This document shows positions 14,444-21,461 of a DNA stretch of 21,461 nucleotides, piece after piece. Under the pieces are notes generated by a model that worked only from the letters and a program-made list of their open reading frames with translations, did not search any database and was not told the DNA's origin. Source of the stretch: a bacterium (GTDB lineage: Bacteria > SZUA-182 > DTGQ01 > JAFGSM01). The first letter of the stretch is position 1. The number at the start of each line of letters is the position of its first letter. The translations under genes were made by a program, and so were the position numbers. The stretch spans positions 1 to 21,461 of the forward strand of contig JBLIRO010000077.1 of NCBI GenBank assembly GCA_049472335.1. Direction: 5' to 3'.

Positions 14444-14920
14444 ATGGTGAATATCAAAGGGAATGCGGAGTTTGAGCCGGATGTTGTAGTGCTTTATTGT
14501 CAGCACTGTTTGGCACAGAATGGAGAAGAAAAAAAGAAACCCGATTCCGGATCCGGGTTTAAGCCACGTTTGTTAATGATGCCATGCAGCAGCAAAGTGG
14601 AAATATCTCATGTTTTGAAGATCCTTTCCGAAGGCGCGGATGCTGTGCAGGTCGTTGGTTGCAAGGCTGATAATTGCCGTTTTCTTATAGGGAGCCTGAT
14701 GGCTGAGAAGCGCATCGAGCATACTCGAAGGCTTCTGGAAGAGAGTCTTATGGGGGCTGACCGTTTGGGAATGAAAAGGGGTCAAAATCTTACATTTAAA
14801 GAATTGATGAGCTTTGCCGAAGAGCGTGCCAGAGCTGTTAAGGATTTAGGGCCTAATCCGATGAAGAGATTGGTAAATAATGATTATTGCGGAATGGAAA
14901 CCTATTCAGGAAATCTGTGA
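14444..14920 (+). CDS. mvhD: MvhD/FlpD-family [2Fe-2S] protein (methyl-viologen-reducing hydrogenase delta subunit-like)
   Basis: FEPDVVVLYCQHC, MPCSSKV, GADAVQVVGCKADNCRF, LGPNP. Start placed at ATG 14444 behind GGGAG; the track uses ATG 14432 in the same frame. Confidence 0.85.
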   Translation: MVNIKGNAEFEPDVVVLYCQHCLAQNGEEKKKPDSGSGFKPRLLMMPCSSKVEISHVLKILSEGADAVQVVGCKADNCRFLIGSLMAEKRIEHTRRLLEESLMGADRLGMKRGQNLTFKELMSFAEERARAVKDLGPNPMKRLVNNDYCGMETYSGNL

Positions 14921-15551
14921 TAAACTTTTCCGTCACGAGAATGTTCTCGTGCTGGGGTGTGCTACCTGCGTGGCGGAATGTGCCGCCGGTGGTGAACAGG
15001 AGGTGGAGGCCCTTGCCCCGCTTCTCAAAATGGCCATGCAGGTAAAAGGGCATCCTGTAAATATATATTCCATGACACTTGAGCGTCAGTGTGAATGGGA
15101 ATTTGTGGAGGAAATCAAGGAACTGATTCCAAAAATCGACGCGATAGTCAGTATAGCTTGCGGAATCGGTATACAGGCCGTGGCAGCCCGTTTCCCTGAA
15201 GTAAGTGTTTACCCTGGAGTAAATACCACATCTCTGGCGATCAGAGAGGCGCCCGGTCTTTGGGAGACAAGATGTGAAGCCTGCGGGGATTGTTTGCTGG
15301 GAGAGACCTATGGTATCTGTCCTGTTGCCAGATGCGCTAAAAGCCTTCTGAACGGCCCATGCGGAGGCACCAGAAAGGATGGAAAGTGCGAGGTAAATGA
15401 GGAGATGGATTGCGTTTGGACGCTTATCGTGGAACGTGCCAATAAACTGGGCCGCATGGATGATCTCAAAAATATTAAAAAGGCAAAGGATTGGTCTAAT
15501 TCACGGCACGGAGGGCAAAAGCGCGTGCTCAGGGAGGATCAGCGGCCATGA
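14880..15551 (+). CDS. metV: Methylenetetrahydrofolate reductase-associated Cys-rich subunit (MTHFR_C domain, MetV)
   Basis: GCATCVAECAAGG, ERQCEWEF, ACGIGIQ, RCEACGDC...GICPVARCAKSLLNGPCGG...KCEV...CVW; ATGA overlap with metF. Confidence 0.9.
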   Translation: MIIAEWKPIQEICDKLFRHENVLVLGCATCVAECAAGGEQEVEALAPLLKMAMQVKGHPVNIYSMTLERQCEWEFVEEIKELIPKIDAIVSIACGIGIQAVAARFPEVSVYPGVNTTSLAIREAPGLWETRCEACGDCLLGETYGICPVARCAKSLLNGPCGGTRKDGKCEVNEEMDCVWTLIVERANKLGRMDDLKNIKKAKDWSNSRHGGQKRVLREDQRP

Positions 15552-16501
15552 GTGTCAGGGCCGACTCATGCCTTGAAAGCATTATAAAAGCCGGGCATTT
15601 TGCGGTCACCGCAGAAGTCGGGCCTCCAATGGGAGCAAACCCTGATGTGATCCGTAAAAAGGCATCCATACTTCGTGGTTTCGCGGATGCTTATAATGTC
15701 ACTGACAACCAGACCGCGGTTGTGAGGATGTCAAGTATCGCTGGGGCAAAGATATTACTCGAAGAGGGACTTGAACCTATCATGCAGATGACGGTCAGGG
15801 ACAGAAACCGTATTGCCCTGCAATCGGATCTTTTGGGTGCCTGGGCCCTCGGCTTGCGTAATTGCCTCTGTATCTCAGGTGATCATCAAAAGGCAAGTGC
15901 AGTGGGAAAGCTTAAAGGACACTCAGGCTCAAAAAATGTATATGATGTGGATTCCATCCAGATGCTCTCCATATTAAAGGGTCTGAGGGATGAAGGTATA
16001 TTGGAAAGCGGGGACAAGTTAAACGAGCCTGTGCCCTTTTTTATAGGGGCGGCCTGGACACCTTTCGCGCCGCCGGAAGATTTCCGGGTTATACGGTTAG
16101 CAAAAAAGGCAGAGGCAGGAGCAGACTTCATCCAAACACAGGCCGTATATGATGTGCCAAGATTCAAGGCAGAGATGAAAAAGGCCCTTGAAATGGGAAT
16201 TACTGAAAAAACCGCCATCCTAGCAGGTATTATCGTGCCTAAATCTGCCGGGATGCTGAGGTATATGAACAATAATGTACCTGGGGTGGATGTGCCTGAA
16301 GAGCTCATAATCCGAATGAAATCCGCTCCGGACAAAACGACCGAGGCTGTACTTGTTACCGTTGAGCTTATCCGGGCAATGAGAGAGATACCCGGAGTTA
16401 AAGGTGTTCACCTTCAGGCCATCGAGGCCGAGGAGATGCTGCCGGAGATTATAGAAAAGGCGGGTTTGATCCCCAGGCCCTCAGGGGTCAGAAAAAAATA
16501 G
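15548..16501 (+). CDS. metF: 5,10-methylenetetrahydrofolate reductase
   Basis: FAVTAEVGPP, NVTDNQTAVVRMSS, RDRNRIALQSDLLGA, SGDH, KKAEAGADFIQTQ, GVKGVHL. Confidence 0.93.
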   Translation: MSVRADSCLESIIKAGHFAVTAEVGPPMGANPDVIRKKASILRGFADAYNVTDNQTAVVRMSSIAGAKILLEEGLEPIMQMTVRDRNRIALQSDLLGAWALGLRNCLCISGDHQKASAVGKLKGHSGSKNVYDVDSIQMLSILKGLRDEGILESGDKLNEPVPFFIGAAWTPFAPPEDFRVIRLAKKAEAGADFIQTQAVYDVPRFKAEMKKALEMGITEKTAILAGIIVPKSAGMLRYMNNNVPGVDVPEELIIRMKSAPDKTTEAVLVTVELIRAMREIPGVKGVHLQAIEAEEMLPEIIEKAGLIPRPSGVRKK

Positions 16502-16510
16502 CAGCTTATC

Positions 16511-19500
16511 ATGCCTAAGAAGTATCACATACCTATAAAAAAGCTTGAGCCGAGGTTTCATCCTGTATCAAAATTCTGCACTATTGAGATGGAAGGGTGT
16601 CTCGGTTGCCTGCAATGTGTAAAACGCACCTCGTGTGTCTATGATGTTTATAAAAAAAGGAAATTCGATCCTGAACAGATAGTGGATACCGCTGATACAC
16701 TTTGCCTGAATTGCATGCGCTGCATTCAGGAATGCAAGAAAGGCATCCTTTCAAAAACCATAAATCCCCTTTTCAAAACACTGGGTGATGATTATTGGAC
16801 ACCGGATCTGATTGAAAGGATATGGAAGCAGGCTGAATCCGGCAAGATCCCTGTCTCGGGGGCAGGTTATAACGGGCCTTTTTCCGGTCCCGGTTTCGAC
16901 AGGATGTGGACGGACATGTCCGAGATTGTAAGGCCCACTCGTGACGGGATACATGGGAGGGAATATATAAGCACGGTTATCGATCTTGGCAGGCGGCCCA
17001 TAAACCTGAAATTCGACCAGAATGGAAACCTTAAAACCGACCTGCCCCATTTCTTGGAGATACCTATCCCGATGATCCTTGATATTCCTATGTCCGGGGG
17101 CAGAGAACAAAAAATCCGCAAAATTTTCGCTCACGCGGCAGATATAATGGGGACCTTTGCGGTTGCAGGTATTGAAGAGTCTACAGGCAATCTTTCCGAA
17201 TACAAAAAACGACTTATAGTAAAGCTTGATCCTGATCTGGATAACATAAACAGGCTGGACGGCATCCCAATTGTCGAAATCCCATACTCTGAAGATGTTA
17301 TGGAGAAAAAACAAAGGATAAAATCCCGTTATCCCGATATTATAGTTTCCATCCGCCTGCCTTTGGATGAAAATGCCAGAGAGCGGACCAGGGAGATTGT
17401 TTCCAGGGGCGGAGAGATCATTCACTTACAGGCCAGCCCTAAAGGGCGGGGTTTGGGTGTAAGAAACGGTGATTTTGTAACCACCCTTATGATTGAGGTC
17501 CATCAGGCACTGGTGGATGAAGGCATAAGGGAACAGGTTAGCCTTCTTATATCCGGCGGGATAGCTATGGCAGAGCATGTGGCAAAGATAATAATCTGCG
17601 GAGCGGATGGCGTTGGTGTGGACCTCGCCCTTCTTATTGCTCTGGAATGCAGGATTCACCCTGAGTGTAATTCAGATACACGATGCCCTGTCAAACTAGA
17701 CAGCATACCTGTAAAATGGGGCTCCCAGCGGATACTCAATCTCTTCGGCTCCTGGCATTCCCAGCTTATCGAGGTTCTTGGCGCCATGGGCCTCAGAGAG
17801 ATTCGCCGACTGAGGGGTGAGACAGGCCGTGCCATGTTTTTTGAGGATTTGGAGCAGGAATGCTTTTCCCCTATATTCAAAAACAGCTCAGGAAAGAATA
17901 GAACTTTGGCAAATCCGGTTAATTTCTCTTCCTTAGAGAAGGTAAATTTAGAGAAGAAAAGTCTAGCGGCTCAGAAGGGCCCCTCTGACACACAAAAAAA
18001 TTCATTAAAATCCGAACTGCCGAAGATATCCTATTGTGCCTCAAGATTTCGTAATCCAATCTCCAAATACAGGGTTATAAGGACCTCCGCGTGTATTGCC
18101 TGCGGGAAATGCGCAGAGATTTGCTCATACGGGGTACACAGGATGGGTGGCACACGCATGCTAAAACCCCTTTCACATCTTTGCCGCGGCTCCGAGACAT
18201 GCCGCTCCATAGACAGATATTGCGCGGATTACTGCCCCGCGGATGCCATAAAGGTCGGCTCCAATCCCCTTTGGGAAACAGTCGGGGATTTCAGATGGAC
18301 TGCGGACCTGATCGTCAGCACCTGGATTCAGGCGGAGACAGGCAGGCTGCCCGAACAGGTGCTTGAATACAGAAAAGCGGCATCAGGCGGGGGATTTGAC
18401 AGGATGGAGTTCGTTTTTCCGGAAAGCCCCCCTGACATCAGTTTAAGACCCGGGGATGTGGACCTGAGCATCCCCCTTAACAGAAGAGGAGACGGCGGGC
18501 CCAGGGTGACCATTGGGTTCCCCATATACGGCGGTGGGATGAGCTTCGGCGCTATAGGCCTTTCAACAATGCTTGCCAGGGCCAGGGCCTATAAGGCCTT
18601 TAACTCATTCACCTGTACCGGAGAGGGCGGTTATCCGGATGCTCTTGCGGAATATAAAGATAATGTCATTACCCAGGTGGCTACCGGACTTTTCGGGGTG
18701 CGGGAAGAAACGATAAAACTGACAAAGATCGTGGAGTTCAAGTACGCGCAGGGCGCAAAGCCAGGGCTTGGGGGCCATCTTCTGGGTGACAAGGTAACGC
18801 CCGCGGTGGCCAAAATGCGGGAGGCTGTTGTAGGAAGCGCGCTTTTTTCTCCTTTCCCATTTCATTCGGTTTACTCTGTGGAAGACCACAAAAAGCATGT
18901 GGACTGGATAAAAATGATTAACCCTGAGGCCCTTGTATCCGTGAAGGTTTCAACCCCCACGGATGTGGATATGGTGGCTGTAGGGAGTTACTACGCGGGG
19001 GCTCATATAATCCATCTGGACGGAAGCTATGGTGGGACAGGAGCGGCCCCGGATATTGCCAAGAAAAACATAGCCATGCCCATTGAATACGCCATACCCA
19101 AGGTACATAGATTTCTTATGGAGGAGGGCATACGTGACCAGATTACCCTTATTGCTTCCGGAGGGCTGCGTACCGCATGGGATGTGGCCAAGGCCATTGC
19201 CCTGGGTGCGGACGGGGTTGTGATATGCACCCCCGAGATGGTAGCCCTCGAGTGTATAAGGTGCGGCAATTGTGAAAGCGGCCGGGGTTGTCCCAGGGGA
19301 ATAGCCTCCACAGACCCGGAGCTTTCAACCATGTATGACGCAGACTGGGGTACACGGAGGCTCATCAATCTTTTCTATTCCTGGTATGTCCAGTTACAGG
19401 AGATACTCTGGAGACTGGGATTAAAGAGTGCCGGGGAGCTGGTAGGAAGAACCGATCTGCTTATGCATCTTGATTATGTCCAGGAGCCTCAGCCCGTGGA

Positions 19501-19513
19501 GTATTCAAAATGA
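16511..19513 (+). CDS. Glutamate synthase-related FMN-binding protein (GltB2-type) with two tandem ferredoxin + FMN-barrel modules
   Basis: Module 2 has CIACGKCAEIC, GGMSFGA, TGEGG, QVATGLFGV, KYAQGAKPGLGGHL, GGTGAAP, SGGLR and CIRCGNCESGRGCP. Module 1 has CLGCLQC, CLNCMRCIQEC, SGGI, GADGV and CxxxxxCxxxxxCP, but lacks the GAKPG/GEGG motifs. Confidence 0.88.
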   Translation: MPKKYHIPIKKLEPRFHPVSKFCTIEMEGCLGCLQCVKRTSCVYDVYKKRKFDPEQIVDTADTLCLNCMRCIQECKKGILSKTINPLFKTLGDDYWTPDLIERIWKQAESGKIPVSGAGYNGPFSGPGFDRMWTDMSEIVRPTRDGIHGREYISTVIDLGRRPINLKFDQNGNLKTDLPHFLEIPIPMILDIPMSGGREQKIRKIFAHAADIMGTFAVAGIEESTGNLSEYKKRLIVKLDPDLDNINRLDGIPIVEIPYSEDVMEKKQRIKSRYPDIIVSIRLPLDENARERTREIVSRGGEIIHLQASPKGRGLGVRNGDFVTTLMIEVHQALVDEGIREQVSLLISGGIAMAEHVAKIIICGADGVGVDLALLIALECRIHPECNSDTRCPVKLDSIPVKWGSQRILNLFGSWHSQLIEVLGAMGLREIRRLRGETGRAMFFEDLEQECFSPIFKNSSGKNRTLANPVNFSSLEKVNLEKKSLAAQKGPSDTQKNSLKSELPKISYCASRFRNPISKYRVIRTSACIACGKCAEICSYGVHRMGGTRMLKPLSHLCRGSETCRSIDRYCADYCPADAIKVGSNPLWETVGDFRWTADLIVSTWIQAETGRLPEQVLEYRKAASGGGFDRMEFVFPESPPDISLRPGDVDLSIPLNRRGDGGPRVTIGFPIYGGGMSFGAIGLSTMLARARAYKAFNSFTCTGEGGYPDALAEYKDNVITQVATGLFGVREETIKLTKIVEFKYAQGAKPGLGGHLLGDKVTPAVAKMREAVVGSALFSPFPFHSVYSVEDHKKHVDWIKMINPEALVSVKVSTPTDVDMVAVGSYYAGAHIIHLDGSYGGTGAAPDIAKKNIAMPIEYAIPKVHRFLMEEGIRDQITLIASGGLRTAWDVAKAIALGADGVVICTPEMVALECIRCGNCESGRGCPRGIASTDPELSTMYDADWGTRRLINLFYSWYVQLQEILWRLGLKSAGELVGRTDLLMHLDYVQEPQPVEYSK

Positions 19514-21461
19514 GCGAACGTATCATTGCATCGAGAAAGGGCCTGTTAAAGGGCCTGCCTGCAAGGCCTTTAGGAAAAGCCGAAGAGGAGGGTGGCTGTG
19601 GTGTTGTGGGATTTTCCTCAAATGCCCCGGTGAGGGGAAGGCATATATTCGAGCCATCCATACAGATGCACAACCGCGGCAATGGAAAAGGCGGGGGCGT
19701 AGCTGCCGCGTGCTTTATACCGGAGCAACTGGGAGTGGATGCCCACACGATCCGCAACAGCTATATCTTACAGATCGCCCTCCTTGATCCCACGGCGGAA
19801 TCTGAGGTTGAAAAAACCTGCATTACTCCCTATCTGAGGATAGACCACAAAACGAAATTGGAGCCTTCCGCAGATTATATTGATCTTGGGCTTACAGTAA
19901 AGCCCCCTGACATTATCCGGTATTTTGTCAGGGTTAAGGCAGAAGAACTCTCAATGTTTGCTGAAGAAAACGCCCTTGAAGACCTGCCGAGCCGCAAGGT
20001 TGAGGATGAATTTATTTATAGAAACACCTTTCGTCTGAATCAAAAATTCTATGCCTCCCTGGGCGAAAAGCGGGCCTTTGTCCTCTCTCACGCCAGAAAC
20101 CTTATGATATTCAAGATAGTCGGGTACGCGGAGCAGGTGGTTAAATATTACGGGCTGGAGGACCTAAGGGCAAACATCTGGATCGCACACCAGCGTTATC
20201 CCACAAAAGGGCGTGTATGGCATCCCGCGGGTTCACATCCGTTTATAGGAATGAATGAGGCCCTGGTTCATAATGGCGATTTTGCCAATTATTACAGCGT
20301 ATCACAATACCTTCGCCAGCATAACATCGTCTCGCAATTCCTCACAGACACCGAGGTCTCTGTTCTCCTGTTTGATCTGTTGACCAGGGTTTACGAGTAC
20401 CCACTTGAATATGTTATTGAGGCCATGGCCCCCACAACAGAGCTGGATTTTGACCGGCTGCCTGAAGAAAAAAAGCGGATTTACAGGGCAATCCAGGCCA
20501 TACATATCCATGGTTCCCCCGATGGGCCCTGGTTTTTCATCATTGCCCGCAGTGACCCGGACACAGACACCTATCAGCTTTTAGGCATTACGGATACAGC
20601 AATGCTTCGGCCCCAGGTCTTTGCCTTGCAGGAGGGTGATGTTTCCATAGGGCTCATAGCCTCGGAAAAACAGGCAATCGATGCCACATTGCATTCACTT
20701 TCAACCGAGGATAAGAGGTTCAGGCTGGTTGCCGACCGTTACTGGAATGCAAGGGGAGGAAGCCACACGGACGGAGGGGCGTTCACCTTCACGGTCACCC
20801 ATAATAACGGCTCCTGCAGGCTTTTTTACGCGGATAAATTCGGAAGACCCATAAGCTCACCTCCGGGGGACTGGAGGGTTGATCTTTCCGTGGAGCCTGT
20901 ACCGCCCCGAAATGCAGATGAGCTAAAAGAACTGATTCCAAAAATCTCCGAAGAAAAAAACCACGATGAAATCTTTAACCGGATATCATCCCTTTTCACC
21001 CAATGGGATTTTGAGACACTACGATGGTTTGTAAAAGAGATACAAAAAATAAGCAGCCAAAGCGATGATCTGCTGGAATGGGGGATTGAGCTTTTGACCA
21101 TGTTTCTCGACCGAAGGTATTCCTGCGGCCGGAAAAGACGCAGCGTTGTCCTGCAGATCATTCAAAATGCCATTGCCGGCATCCTGGATTCCATACCCTT
21201 GATAAGCCATAAAGGCCCCGGCCGGTACAGGCGTATTGACTGGGACACACGATCAATGCTTCGTGCACCTGAAAACGAAGAAAGCAGACTGGTCATCTTC
21301 TCCAGGGGCTTTCCGGCGGAGGGCGGGGAGTGCGATTCAAGGTTGGCCGTCAAGGCATATCAGCTTGAATGGAGGCAATTTATAGTTTACGGCCTTAAGG
21401 GGCAGCGTTTTACAGGATGCGGGTTCGGGCCGGAAACGGATAATGTAAGGATCGATGTATA
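19510..21461 (+). CDS. Glutamate synthase-related class II glutamine amidotransferase (GltB1) fused to a GXGXG (GltB3) domain; partial, runs off the window end
   Basis: Not in the ORF track because it has no stop in the window. ATG 19510 overlaps the upstream TGA (ATGA). Translates MSERIIASRK...AEEEGGCGVVG...MHNRGNGKGGG...IAHQRYPTKG...HPF...LVHNGDFANY...DGPWFF...LRPQ...GQRFTGCGFGPETDNVRIDV. Confidence 0.92.
   Translation, partial: MSERIIASRKGLLKGLPARPLGKAEEEGGCGVVGFSSNAPVRGRHIFEPSIQMHNRGNGKGGGVAAACFIPEQLGVDAHTIRNSYILQIALLDPTAESEVEKTCITPYLRIDHKTKLEPSADYIDLGLTVKPPDIIRYFVRVKAEELSMFAEENALEDLPSRKVEDEFIYRNTFRLNQKFYASLGEKRAFVLSHARNLMIFKIVGYAEQVVKYYGLEDLRANIWIAHQRYPTKGRVWHPAGSHPFIGMNEALVHNGDFANYYSVSQYLRQHNIVSQFLTDTEVSVLLFDLLTRVYEYPLEYVIEAMAPTTELDFDRLPEEKKRIYRAIQAIHIHGSPDGPWFFIIARSDPDTDTYQLLGITDTAMLRPQVFALQEGDVSIGLIASEKQAIDATLHSLSTEDKRFRLVADRYWNARGGSHTDGGAFTFTVTHNNGSCRLFYADKFGRPISSPPGDWRVDLSVEPVPPRNADELKELIPKISEEKNHDEIFNRISSLFTQWDFETLRWFVKEIQKISSQSDDLLEWGIELLTMFLDRRYSCGRKRRSVVLQIIQNAIAGILDSIPLISHKGPGRYRRIDWDTRSMLRAPENEESRLVIFSRGFPAEGGECDSRLAVKAYQLEWRQFIVYGLKGQRFTGCGFGPETDNVRIDV

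Noticed and set aside
19470..19787. 105-aa plus-strand ORF in the track
   Set aside because: Out-of-frame shadow of the real amidotransferase gene starting at 19510.
14285..21353. Short minus-strand and alternative-frame ORFs across the metVF-glt operon, including 16751-17425
   Set aside because: They overlap strongly supported enzymes or promoters and show no protein-like motifs.
1..21461. tRNA, rRNA, transposase or integrase genes and strong intrinsic terminators
   Set aside because: None recognised by eye; no GC-rich hairpin plus U-tract found at gene ends.

Overview
Bacterial window, probably from an anaerobe (inferred from the MvhD-MetV-MetF and archaeal-type split glutamate synthase genes; taxon not determinable). 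Left to right: (1) four TTATCAGG-N9-CCTGATAA palindromes (52-192); (2) a sigma-54 enhancer-binding protein with no sensory domain (minus strand); (3) an AT-rich 809-bp intergenic region containing a consensus sigma-70 promoter; (4) a plus-strand cluster of a WrbA/flavodoxin-like gene, a YqhA membrane protein, a ~1785-codon [beta-propeller/HEAT/beta-propeller/STAND NTPase/unknown domain/STAND NTPase/wHTH] gene interrupted by one in-frame TGA just after its first Walker A motif, and a stand-alone AAA_35-like ATPase. This cluster is the best candidate for an undescribed NLR-like sensing or conflict system. (5) three minus-strand secreted proteins (one with a MopE-like motif, two tandem DUF4139-like); (6) back-to-back sigma-70 promoters; (7) a coupled operon mvhD-metV-metF-[internally duplicated ferredoxin-GltB2]-[GltB1+GXGXG, runs off the window and is missing from the ORF track]. 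All family calls come from motif recognition by eye; no searches were run.
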